Shown: piece after piece, positions 5,094 to 11,755 of the stretch
Position numbering within the stretch: position 1 is the stretch's first letter
How the letters are laid out: every line of letters begins with the position of its first letter
IMG/VR virus record: IMGVR_UViG_3300021399_000006
Coordinates: 1-14,127 of that record
Reading direction: 5' to 3' (one strand)
DNA length: 14,127 nucleotides
Source of the DNA: a virus
The notes under the pieces: model-generated
The model's database searches: none
Seen by the model: the letters and a program-made list of their open reading frames with translations, nothing else
Told to the model about the DNA's origin: nothing
Translations under genes and position numbers: made by a program

Positions 5094-5462
5094 TTACTGC
5101 TCACGAGAAGCAATAAACGCATCATATTCATCCTTGAAGCACCAAGCAAATCCATAAGCGTTATGGGTCTTAGTTCTTCCGTTTAAGGCATCGCCTACGC
5201 CTGACTTACCTTCCTGGCCAATTGCGGCAAGGGCTTCCTTCTGGGTTGCAAACTCTGCAATAACTGCATAAGTCTCGGGGTCAAGCTGAAGAACACCTGA
5301 CTTATTCGGACTCTTACGCTTACGAGCAGCTGCCGCCTCATCTTCCTCAATACGAGCAAGCATTGCTCGCAAAGCATCCATAGTCTGCTCACGAATACCT
5401 TCATTTACATCTGTAGCATTTTCAAAGTAGAAAATCAAACCTTCAATCTGTTTCTTATCCAT
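5094..5462 (-). CDS. hypothetical protein (122 aa)
   Basis: ORF with SD AAAAGGAGTAAAT-ATG, driven by a perfect-consensus promoter at 5504-5532; TAA stop. Confidence 0.7.
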   Translation of the reverse strand: MDKKQIEGLIFYFENATDVNEGIREQTMDALRAMLARIEEDEAAAARKRKSPNKSGVLQLDPETYAVIAEFATQKEALAAIGQEGKSGVGDALNGRTKTHNAYGFAWCFKDEYDAFIASREQ

Positions 5463-5503
5463 ATTTACTCCTTTTTACTCTTGTTTTTAATTTCTATAAA
5501 TAT

Positions 5504-5532
5504 ATTATACTAAAAATTTTTTATCTTGTCAA
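5504..5532 (-). promoter_or_regulatory. perfect-consensus sigma70 promoter TTGACA-17-TATAAT
   Basis: -35 at 5527-5532, -10 at 5504-5509; upstream of the SD-ATG at 5462. Confidence 0.75.
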
Positions 5533-6179
5533 CAATTGAATAACTTAATTATATCTATGAATAACACCCCTTCGGGTTGCTGGCAATAACCTTCTCTTAT
5601 ATTCGACCACCAAGGAGACATACCTGAGCGGTTAGGAGCGACCTAAACGCTATATGCCCCATCTGTTCAAGACAGATAAATCTTGTAGAGGACTTTGCAT
5701 ACCTCTAACTTTCAGCTACCTTTCAGAAAATTTACATAATAACTTGTATAAGAAGTTATTCAAATTTTGTTGTCTACGCACTTTTAGCCTACTCGTACCT
5801 TGACCCAATCTTATACACGACTTCCGCCGCTTCATGTGCGCTAACCCCTTATGGAAATTCCAAGGTTTGCAAAGTTTTCCACGCTTCACCTAACTTGGAT
5901 TAGTGCTCTCGTTAAAGAACCCTATATTATGGAGTCGATTGGAACAGTGTCTTTAAGAGCGATTACCCCAGTGCTATTGACTAAACCATTTCTTTAGACC
6001 TGGCGTTTTATACGTCACCGCATAAAAACTTTTTTCCTAAGAAAGTATCCTTCCTTATTCTGGTTATTCGTAAAGCCAATACCTCAGCGTCATGGAATTG
6101 ACGTTTATCACTGAGTTGCTTCATAAATATAACTAAATTATTCAATTGTCAATGTTCTTTTGTTGATAATTCAACATAG

Positions 6180-6249
6180 ATCTCAAGTAGGGGTCGAACC
6201 TACATCTTACCTTTTTACCAGGCGCGCACTACCATTATGCTACTGAGAT
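6180..6249 (-). tRNA. tRNA-like gene with atypical anticodon loop GGUAAAA (possible anticodon TAA, G at position 33)
   Basis: Good acceptor ATCTCAG/TTGAGAT. U8-A9. D-stem GCAT/GTGC. T-arm GTAGG-TTCGACC-CCTAC. The anticodon stem pairs 4/5. Confidence 0.45.
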
Positions 6250-6461
6250 TCCTTATATATGTATATCATCAGAAAGGAAGTGAATATAAAAAGGGATAAA
6301 CCCATTTATAACAATGCAAAGGGGAGTAGCGTGTAGCACTATCATCTAATGTTCTCCCTAGTTTTTGTTTTGGAATTTCGCCAAAAGGACTTATTTGAAA
6401 TATTGGAGAGTGCTTAGTCTCGTAATCCTTCACAGGGCTTTTTCGGTAGCCTGAACCTAAT

Positions 6462-6534
6462 AGCGGAAGTGGGATTTGAACCCACGTGATACGGCGTATG
6501 AGACCGCGCTGGTACCTCTCCAGTCCATTCCGCA
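6462..6534 (-). tRNA. tRNA-Met (anticodon CAT; whether initiator, elongator or Ile-lysidine type is undetermined)
   Basis: T-arm GTGGG-TTCAAAT-CCCAC. Anticodon stem GCGGT/GCCGT (two G.U) with loop CTCATAC. D-stem CTGG/CCAG. The acceptor has a mismatch at pair 1-72. Confidence 0.65.
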
Positions 6535-6635
6535 ATATTAATCAAGACAGTTTAAAATATAGCCTATTTAATCCTAAATTTAAATGCTTGTATTTTTTCT
6601 TTTGTTGCTGTTTCTGTCTTTCATTTTCTATAAAT

Positions 6636-6664
6636 ATTATAACAAAAATTTTTTTAAAAATCAA
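6636..6664 (-). promoter_or_regulatory. promoter TTGATT-17-TGTTATAAT (extended -10)
   Basis: -35 at 6659-6664, -10 at 6636-6641, TGn present; drives leader and tRNA-Met. Confidence 0.7.
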
Positions 6665-6854
6665 ATACGGCATATGCATCTACCGTATTAGTCTATGAGG
6701 TTTACCACTCCGCTTACCATTTTCCGCTCAGGTTAGCTTTAGGAGCCTTGCTGATGTTTTTACACTTTACTAAAACACCCTTTCCGACAGACAAACAGTC
6801 AACCTACTTATATTAATATCATTGCCTAAGGTTATATTAATACTTTTGGTAAAT

Positions 6855-6910
6855 GCTCTATGCAGGAGTCGAACCTACACTCACAAAAGTAAGTTCCATC
6901 ATAATAGAGC
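6855..6910 (-). ncRNA. 56-nt 'armless' tRNA-like minihelix (perfect 7-bp acceptor plus T-arm plus one tetraloop hairpin; no D-arm or anticodon arm)
   Basis: GCTCTAT ... CTTAC-TTTT-GTGAG ... GTAGG-TTCGACT-CCTGC ... ATAGAGC with discriminator A. The hairpin resembles the one in the 4704-4766 element. Confidence 0.45.
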
Positions 6911-6990
6911 AGTCTCCTTTTATCTCTCTTATATTTTAAAAGAGCCAAAAAATAATGCTCTGAAAGAGGAAAGTATGATACGTATCAAGT

Positions 6991-7063
6991 AGCCCCTGGG
7001 GGAATTGAACCCACCATCTTGACCTTGAAAGGGTCATATCCTGTCCTTTTAGAAGAAGGAGCC
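6991..7063 (-). tRNA. tRNA-Glu (anticodon TTC)
   Basis: Anticodon stem TGACC/GGTCA with loop CTTTCAA. T-arm GTGGG-TTCAATT-CCCCC. Acceptor GGCTCCT/AGGGGCT (all paired including G.U). Confidence 0.85.
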
Positions 7064-7087
7064 ATATTTCTTTCATTTTCTATAAAT

Positions 7088-7116
7088 ATTATAATAAAAA
7101 TTTTTTAAAATTGCAA
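7088..7116 (-). promoter_or_regulatory. promoter TTGCAA-17-TATAAT
   Basis: -35 at 7111-7116, -10 at 7088-7093; drives tRNA-Glu(TTC) after a leader of about 20 nt. Confidence 0.65.
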
Positions 7117-7266
7117 ATAAAAATGGGAACTTATATTAACACTGTATTCCCCGATAGGTTTGCGCGCGCCTTATCTTACAGCGGGTTTTCCTAAGTCCAG
7201 TTTTCCTTGTCATTCCCATGCATTTATATACCGAGCGAGAACAGACGCGGTTAAGGAGTCCTTAGT

Positions 7267-7346
7267 AGGGGACACGGGATTCGAACCCGCACGCACAGGG
7301 CACTAGATCCTAAGTCTAGGGTGGCTACCAGTTACACCAATCCCCC
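7267..7346 (-). tRNA. tRNA-Leu (anticodon TAG), class II
   Basis: Acceptor GGGGGAT/GTCCCCT. U8-G9. D-stem GTG/CAC. Anticodon stem CTAGA/TCTAG with loop CTTAGGA. 12-nt variable arm. T-arm GCGGG-TTCGAAT-CCCGT. Confidence 0.85.
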
Positions 7347-7518
7347 ATATAAGATAGATGCTTGCCATAGCTTTAGCCCCGCTCGGGTATCTATCGTACC
7401 CTATCTCATTCACTGGAGATGCAGTAAAAGTTTTACCTTTATAACTTTCAAAGATACTTATTCTTCATCGGGCGATAAGTTCTTACCTGACCCTTTCCCT
7501 TCACACCTCAAAGGATGA

Positions 7519-7585
7519 AAACGGCTATAATTTCAATAGCTTAGATTTACATTGGCAGAAGGTAAATCAACTTCTTTTTTACTCA
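7519..7585. repeat. copy A of a repeat unit (cggctat ... caaNagcttagatttaca ... gaaggtaaaNcaacttc)
   Basis: Shares three blocks with copy B. It contains the hairpins GCTAT-AATTTCA-ATAGC and AGAAG-GTAAATCAA-CTTCT. Confidence 0.5.
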
Positions 7586-7651
7586 AATTTTAAAAATTTG
7601 AGATAGGTTGAACCTACACCTAAAGGACTTTTTCCAGTAACACCCCAAAAA

Positions 7652-7740
7652 GCAAAGCGGCTATCTATCAACAGCTTAGATTTACACATTCAACCGAGTA
7701 GATTTACGTATTAATAGGAAGGTAAACCAACTTCCTAACG
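7652..7740. repeat. copy B of the same repeat unit, with a 31-nt internal insertion that duplicates tagatttac
   Basis: Hairpin GGAAG-GTAAACCAA-CTTCC, where the outer pair covaries (A-T in copy A, G-C in copy B). Confidence 0.5.
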
Positions 7741-7810
7741 ACCTAGTGGGGAATTGAACCCCAGTCTCTCGGGCGACAACCGAGTGTAATTACCTTTATA
7801 CGACAAGGCC
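7740..7810 (-). tRNA. tRNA-Asp (anticodon GTC)
   Basis: Anticodon stem CTCGG/CCGAG with loop TTGTCGC. T-arm TGGGG-TTCAATT-CCCCA. Acceptor GGCCTTG/CTAGGTC (one mismatch). Confidence 0.8.
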
Positions 7811-7997
7811 AAACATTAAATAGCTTAGTCCATTTTTTAGGCTCCCTTCTCACTATAGCCTAAATTCCACAGGTCATGACTCCTGTTACTCTAGGTAGTT
7901 CACTTATAGTCTCACTCTCCCGACTTCCGTGATTTGGCGGACTCTCTTGATGTTTATGTACACTATTAAATCAAGTCACCATTGCTATTTATGTAGC

Positions 7998-8070
7998 GGG
8001 AGCAGTAGGACTTGAACCTACGACATTTTGCTTAACAGGCAAACGCTCTAACCAACTGAGCTATACTCCC
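7998..8070 (-). tRNA. tRNA-Asn (anticodon GTT)
   Basis: Acceptor GGGAGTA/TGCTCCC. Anticodon stem TTTGC/GCAAA with loop CTGTTAA. T-arm GTAGG-TTCAAGT-CCTAC. Confidence 0.9.
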
Positions 8071-8217
8071 AAATATGAGGGTTACTTTGCGTCTTTTATA
8101 CCGTTTCCCACTAAAGCCACATATCATACGCCTCCAGACGGGCTAATAAGAATCGAGTCTGGATATTTGGTTATGCCGGTGGTAGTTTACCCTCAAAATC
8201 CATGATAACGGTTTAAT

Positions 8218-8291
8218 CATCCCTACAGGCTTTGAACCTGTGTTTCAAGATTGAGAATCTTGTGTCCTGAACCGAACTAGACGAAGGGACG
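8218..8291 (-). tRNA. tRNA-Glu (anticodon CTC)
   Basis: Anticodon stem CAAGA/TCTTG with loop TTCTCAA. T-arm ACAGG-TTCAAAG-CCTGT. Acceptor CGTCCCT/AGGGATG. Confidence 0.85.
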
Positions 8292-8300
8292 ACGGATTAA

Positions 8301-8480
8301 TTAATCCTCATATTCTGTACGTACATAATTTTCTGTTACTTCATAATGAAATCCAATCCAACCAAATCTATCTTCCAAAAATCTCACAGCAGAGAAGCCT
8401 TTAACAAATGTTATATGCTTCTGATTTACATCGTCAAGATACTCAACCATGTAGATAACAGCTGTTCTCTCATTTTTCAT
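8301..8480 (-). CDS. possible small protein (59 aa, below the ORF-track cutoff)
   Basis: ATG at 8480; frame MKNERTAVIYMVEYLDDVNQKHITFVKGFSAVRFLEDRFGWIGFHYEVTENYVRTEYED-TAA; immediately downstream of promoter 8547-8575; weak SD. Confidence 0.35.
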   Translation of the reverse strand: MKNERTAVIYMVEYLDDVNQKHITFVKGFSAVRFLEDRFGWIGFHYEVTENYVRTEYED

Positions 8481-8546
8481 AATTTAAAGACCCCCTGAAA
8501 TGATATTTTTTAGTTTGTTTTCGTTTCTTTTTCTTACGATATAAAT

Positions 8547-8575
8547 ATTATAACAAAAAATTTTTAAAAATTCAA
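8547..8575 (-). promoter_or_regulatory. promoter TTGAAT-17-TGTTATAAT (extended -10)
   Basis: -35 at 8570-8575, -10 at 8547-8552; drives the small ORF and tRNA-Glu(CTC). Confidence 0.7.
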
Positions 8576-8711
8576 ATGATATGCAGTGTGCTGTTACGCC
8601 AAAGGGAAGTCAGTCCTTACCAGTTACGGGGTGACTTTCTACTTCTATTTAATAAAATAGTCCCACTCTTTAAAAGATGGATGCTTTTAATCCTACTTTC
8701 TGCATATAAGA

Positions 8712-8783
8712 GCCACCGACAGGAATTGAACCTGCAACCGTTTGATTACAAATCAAATGCACTACCAATTGTGCTACGGGGGC
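8712..8783 (-). tRNA. tRNA-Thr (anticodon TGT)
   Basis: Anticodon stem TTTGA/TCAAA with loop TTTGTAA. T-arm GCAGG-TTCAATT-CCTGT. Acceptor GCCCCCG/CGGTGGC (one mismatch). Confidence 0.8.
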
Positions 8784-8787
8784 ATAT

Positions 8788-8860
8788 GGACCACTAGGGA
8801 TTTGAACCCTAATCTGACAGATTAAGAGTCTGCTATGTTAACCGTTAACACCAGTAATCC
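8788..8860 (-). tRNA. tRNA-Lys (anticodon CTT)
   Basis: Anticodon stem GCAGA/TCTGT with loop CTCTTAA. T-arm TAGGG-TTCAAAT-CCCTA. Acceptor GGATTAC/GTGGTCC (G.U pairs). D-stem GTGT/ACAT. Confidence 0.8.
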
Positions 8861-8971
8861 AGGTTTATACAGCTACATACCTACCATATCAGGACATTAC
8901 TCTGATTTTCTAAGTTTTTCTTAGTATGCTATGATTTTACATTATATGGTGTTATGGACCCTGTATAACAT

Positions 8972-9043
8972 GCGCTCGATGGGACTCGAACCCACGTTAC
9001 CTTGATTAAAAGTCAAGTGCTTAATCCGCTAAGCTACGAGCGC
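8972..9043 (-). tRNA. tRNA-Lys (anticodon TTT)
   Basis: Perfect acceptor GCGCTCG/CGAGCGC. Anticodon stem CTTGA/TCAAG with loop CTTTTAA. T-arm GTGGG-TTCGAGT-CCCAT. Confidence 0.9.
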
Positions 9044-9118
9044 AAAAGATATTTAATTGTTTTTTGCCCGTAGGCTTACGTTTTCGTTTCATTTCTTATC
9101 TCCTCACTTTGTATAAAT

Positions 9119-9147
9119 ATTATAACAAAAATTTTTTAAAATTTCAA
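9119..9147 (-). promoter_or_regulatory. promoter TTGAAA-17-TGTTATAAT (extended -10)
   Basis: -35 at 9142-9147, -10 at 9119-9124. It sits immediately downstream of tRNA-Gly(GCC) and drives tRNA-Lys(TTT). Confidence 0.7.
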
Positions 9148-9152
9148 ATAGA

Positions 9153-9223
9153 GCAGACAGTGGGAATTGAACCCACATTTTTAGCTTGGCAAGCTAACAT
9201 ATTAACCGTTATATTATGCCTGC
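9153..9223 (-). tRNA. tRNA-Gly (anticodon GCC)
   Basis: Anticodon stem TTAGC/GCTAA with loop TTGCCAA. T-arm GTGGG-TTCAATT-CCCAC. Acceptor GCAGGCA/TGTCTGC. Confidence 0.85.
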
Positions 9224-9422
9224 TTGAACTAGGATATATGGCCAACTTACCTAGATATATTTTAGCACCTTACCAGGCCGCACTTATTTTAACTACCATG
9301 TGCAATTGGCTGCGTGTTCACCATACCGCTGGATTGATTTACGATCAACAACGCCTTATCTCTACATTACGAATTGAATAAGGTACAATCGTCTCTATTA
9401 AAACTCAACCCGAGAAGGGTCA

Positions 9423-9493
9423 GCCCCATGTGGGAATCGAACCCACCTATCTAGCTTGGAAGGCTAGCATTTTAGCCGATAAATCAATGGGAC
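9423..9493 (-). tRNA. tRNA-Gly (anticodon TCC)
   Basis: Anticodon stem CTAGC/GCTAG with loop CTTCCAA. T-arm GTGGG-TTCGATT-CCCAC. Acceptor GTCCCAT/ATGGGGC. Confidence 0.85.
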
Positions 9494-9500
9494 AAATATA

Positions 9501-9561
9501 AAAACTATTAAAGGTACGTTTTATTGGTGGTATGCGGCACGCACTTGATTTTAATAGTTTT
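9501..9561 (-). promoter_or_regulatory. leader stem-loop (12-bp inverted repeat AAAACTATTAAA / TTTAATAGTTTT enclosing a GC hairpin) followed by a T-rich tract, between the promoter and the tRNA-Gly genes; possible attenuator or processing site
   Basis: Perfect 12-bp arms at 9501-9512 and 9550-9561, nested inner stem TGCG/CGCA, then TTTTTATATTT before the tRNA 5' end. Confidence 0.4.
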
Positions 9562-9577
9562 TATTTGTTATGATAAT

Positions 9578-9606
9578 ATTATATCAAAAATTTTTGAACA
9601 TTTCAA
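9578..9606 (-). promoter_or_regulatory. promoter TTGAAA-17-TGATATAAT
   Basis: -35 at 9601-9606, -10 at 9578-9583; followed by a structured leader before tRNA-Gly(TCC). Confidence 0.7.
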
Positions 9607-9620
9607 ATTATTTTTGACCT

Positions 9621-9920
9621 TTATTTAGAAAAATAATATTTCCGCCAATATTTATAAAAATCTTTTAATGTAGGATAATCTTCTTGCCAAAGACTTCCAT
9701 TAGGGTCAGGATGAAAATATTCAAATTTAGCATCTTCCCATGTCCATCTACTAATATAATCATGTATATCGTAGGTTTCAAAGACTTTTTTATAAGCATT
9801 TCCATTAGGAAGAATAATTTTACTATGTCTTATTTTTTTATTTGCGTGTCTTTTGTTTCTTTTAGGAGTAGGCGTACGCCCATCTGTATAAACAGGATTC
9901 TTTTTATATGAACGTGACAT
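9621..9920 (-). CDS. hypothetical basic protein (99 aa)
   Basis: ORF; SD AAAGGAGAAAAAT-ATG; TAA stop. Confidence 0.65.
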   Translation of the reverse strand: MSRSYKKNPVYTDGRTPTPKRNKRHANKKIRHSKIILPNGNAYKKVFETYDIHDYISRWTWEDAKFEYFHPDPNGSLWQEDYPTLKDFYKYWRKYYFSK

Positions 9921-9936
9921 ATTTTTCTCCTTTAAT

Positions 9937-10007
9937 TGCGGGGATAGGATTCGAACCTACAATCACCGGGTCAAAAACCGGCCGCTTTACCGTTAGCGTA
10001 CCCCGCG
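9937..10007 (-). tRNA. unusual tRNA with an E. coli tRNA-fMet-like acceptor stem (CGCGGGG ... CCCCGCA-A, C1xA72) and an 8-nt anticodon loop UUUUUGAC (UUG or UUU reading; Gln-like D-loop)
   Basis: T-arm GTAGG-TTCGAAT-CCTAT. D-stem CGCT/AGCG perfect. The anticodon stem GCCGG/CCGGT closes an 8-nt loop. D-loop AACGGTAA and loop TTTTGAx resemble the tRNA-Gln at 232-302. Confidence 0.5.
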
Positions 10008-10143
10008 TACTTATCATACCATTTCACCTGTTTTGTGGCTAGCTATTCCACCCCACCGTGCTCATCACTATTATTTTAATCATTCCCTTGGTAATACTCT
10101 TTGATAAGTATAATACATATTTTGACGTCTTGTATGTATTAGT

Positions 10144-10217
10144 AGGGGACCTGGGACTCGAACCCAGGACACGCACCTTATAAGGATGCTGCTCTCACCT
10201 GACTGAGCTAGTCCCCT
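10144..10217 (-). tRNA. tRNA-Ile (anticodon TAT, reads AUA)
   Basis: Perfect acceptor AGGGGAC/GTCCCCT. D-stem GCTC/GAGC. Anticodon stem GCATC/GGTGC with loop CTTATAA. T-arm CTGGG-TTCGAGT-CCCAG. Confidence 0.8.
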
Positions 10218-10254
10218 AAACGGGATATTTTTTATCCCTTAACTTTATAATAAT

Positions 10255-10283
10255 ATTATAACAAAAAATTTTTAAAAATACAA
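10255..10283 (-). promoter_or_regulatory. promoter TTGTAT-17-TGTTATAAT
   Basis: -35 at 10278-10283 (4/6 match), consensus extended -10 at 10255-10260; drives tRNA-Ile(TAT). Confidence 0.55.
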
Positions 10284-10292
10284 ATTAATTTT

Positions 10293-10580
10293 TTAACAAA
10301 TCATAAATTTTCTATTGCGGGCTTCCCGATTAATCCATAACGTATATTTATGGCAATCATCATAATTCCATTTCCACAAAAGGACATTAGCATCTTTAGA
10401 ATAGTGAAAGTCAAAAGCATGATAATCATTTTTAAGTATCATTATATAATCAGTTAAACTGATATTTAACATACGTGCGGGAAACCACCAATAATTGCTA
10501 CCGTGAGCCAAATCAGAAACGTCCCCTGAATACCAATTTCCATTAGATTCCCACTCAGTATATTTCATAATATGGCTCAT
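10293..10580 (-). CDS. hypothetical Trp/Tyr-rich protein (95 aa)
   Basis: ORF; SD TAAGGAG 7 nt upstream; TAA stop. Confidence 0.65.
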   Translation of the reverse strand: MSHIMKYTEWESNGNWYSGDVSDLAHGSNYWWFPARMLNISLTDYIMILKNDYHAFDFHYSKDANVLLWKWNYDDCHKYTLWINREARNRKFMIC

Positions 10581-10589
10581 AATAACTCC

Positions 10590-10898
10590 TTATAGATTTA
10601 GAGCGGCAATTAAATCTGCAACATTCTGTTTTTCTTCTTCGGTTACTTCTGCAGGGTTAATAGTTTTTTCTGTCGGGGTACCGAAAGCTGATGGAGCGGC
10701 CGCACCAAACGCACTTTTAAGTTCGCCTGAACCCATATTAGATTTAGCCGCAGTCAAAGTAACTTTAATTTCTACAACCCCACTACCTTCACTCATCGGG
10801 ATACGAAGAATCTTACCTTCATCTTCCCAAAAAGCATCGGGATAAACCCGTTTCAATTCCGCAAAGATTAGATTTTTACTTTCTGTGCCTTTTGCCAT
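10590..10898 (-). CDS. hypothetical protein (102 aa), Ala/Gly-rich middle segment
   Basis: ORF; SD AAAGGAGAAATGAA-ATG; promoter at 10927-10955; TAA stop. Confidence 0.65.
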   Translation of the reverse strand: MAKGTESKNLIFAELKRVYPDAFWEDEGKILRIPMSEGSGVVEIKVTLTAAKSNMGSGELKSAFGAAAPSAFGTPTEKTINPAEVTEEEKQNVADLIAALNL

Positions 10899-10926
10899 TT
10901 CATTTCTCCTTTATTTTTATAAATAT

Positions 10927-10955
10927 ATTTTACTAAAATTTTTCAATTTTTTCAA
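10927..10955 (-). promoter_or_regulatory. promoter TTGAAA-17-TAAAAT
   Basis: -35 at 10950-10955, -10 at 10927-10932; upstream of the CDS at 10590-10898. Confidence 0.5.
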
Positions 10956-10980
10956 ATCGCATATTTTTTTGATTTAACGA

Positions 10981-11655
10981 CTAACTTAATTCAATTATAT
11001 TATCACAGATTTTACAAGAAGTAGGTTCTATTAAACATCTTCTATTGCATCTTGAACGATATTCTCCAAATTGGGGAAGAATCGTACTATTAATTTCCTC
11101 TCCATCGTAATTATAAATTATAATTTTTAATTTTCCATCCCATTTATGTTTTATTCCGTAAATTTCATATAAAGCATTATATGCTTTGTTTTCATTTACA
11201 TCCATAAATTCAAAGGTATCTATAAATTGAGCATAGTAAGGAATATCTTCTGGACGAATAAAGAAATTTTTTATAGTATCTATACTATCCCATTTTTTCT
11301 CACAATAATTGCAAAAACATCTTAGGCGGATTCCCTTTTTTTTAGTAAAATCACTTGTAATTTTCATCATAAAAGCTAAATTTCCGCCAATTCTGATGTC
11401 TGTTACATTTAAAGAACAAAATCCAAGCAGATTTTCCCAATCACAGCAAATATATTGATAATAATGAGGAATATTTAATGAATTAAATTTTTCTTCTATT
11501 TCTTTATTATAAATAAAACTACGTACCGATATATTAGGACAGATTTCCGCCAATGCACCTAAAATTGTAAAATCTTTTTCATCTAAAGGTGCTGTTGTAA
11601 TAATATTAATACGATAATCTTTATATTCAGAAATAAAATCATATAATTCTTTCAT
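10981..11655 (-). CDS. hypothetical Cys-rich protein (224 aa); terminates with TAG
   Basis: Long ORF with multiple CxC/CxxC clusters; weak SD; stop codon is TAG (10981-10983). Confidence 0.65.
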   Translation of the reverse strand: MKELYDFISEYKDYRINIITTAPLDEKDFTILGALAEICPNISVRSFIYNKEIEEKFNSLNIPHYYQYICCDWENLLGFCSLNVTDIRIGGNLAFMMKITSDFTKKKGIRLRCFCNYCEKKWDSIDTIKNFFIRPEDIPYYAQFIDTFEFMDVNENKAYNALYEIYGIKHKWDGKLKIIIYNYDGEEINSTILPQFGEYRSRCNRRCLIEPTSCKICDNIIELS

Positions 11656-11755
11656 TTTAGGTTTATACCTAATACTAATTTCTATTTTATCTTTATTGAA
11701 ATATTTAAAATTCCTATAAAATGGTATCTAAAATTTCATCCTAATCCTATCCTTT

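Noticed and set aside
5535-6180. Hypothesis that the ORF-free block is a TAG-recoded protein gene
   Set aside because: All three stop codons (TAA, TGA, TAG) occur frequently in every frame of both strands.
5535-6180. tmRNA / RNase P RNA / group I intron identity for the ORF-free block
   Set aside because: I could not find the conserved RNase P P4 strands, a tmRNA tag-ORF ending ...AA-stop with a 3' tRNA-like domain, or group I P/Q/R/S motifs by eye. It is left as an unassigned ncRNA candidate only.
7598-7617. T-arm-like sequence AGATAGGTTGAACCTACAC
   Set aside because: TAGGTT-C-AACCTA is a near-perfect palindrome, so either strand gives a 'T-arm' with the wrong loop length and no acceptor or anticodon partners. 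It is treated as a simple hairpin next to the 17-nt palindrome.
10981-10983. Read-through of the TAG stops of ORFs 10981-11655 and 11756-12394
   Set aside because: Downstream frames hit further TAG/TAA within a few codons and run into the promoter cassette, so these TAGs behave as genuine terminators. This is noted as evidence for mixed TAG usage rather than global reassignment.
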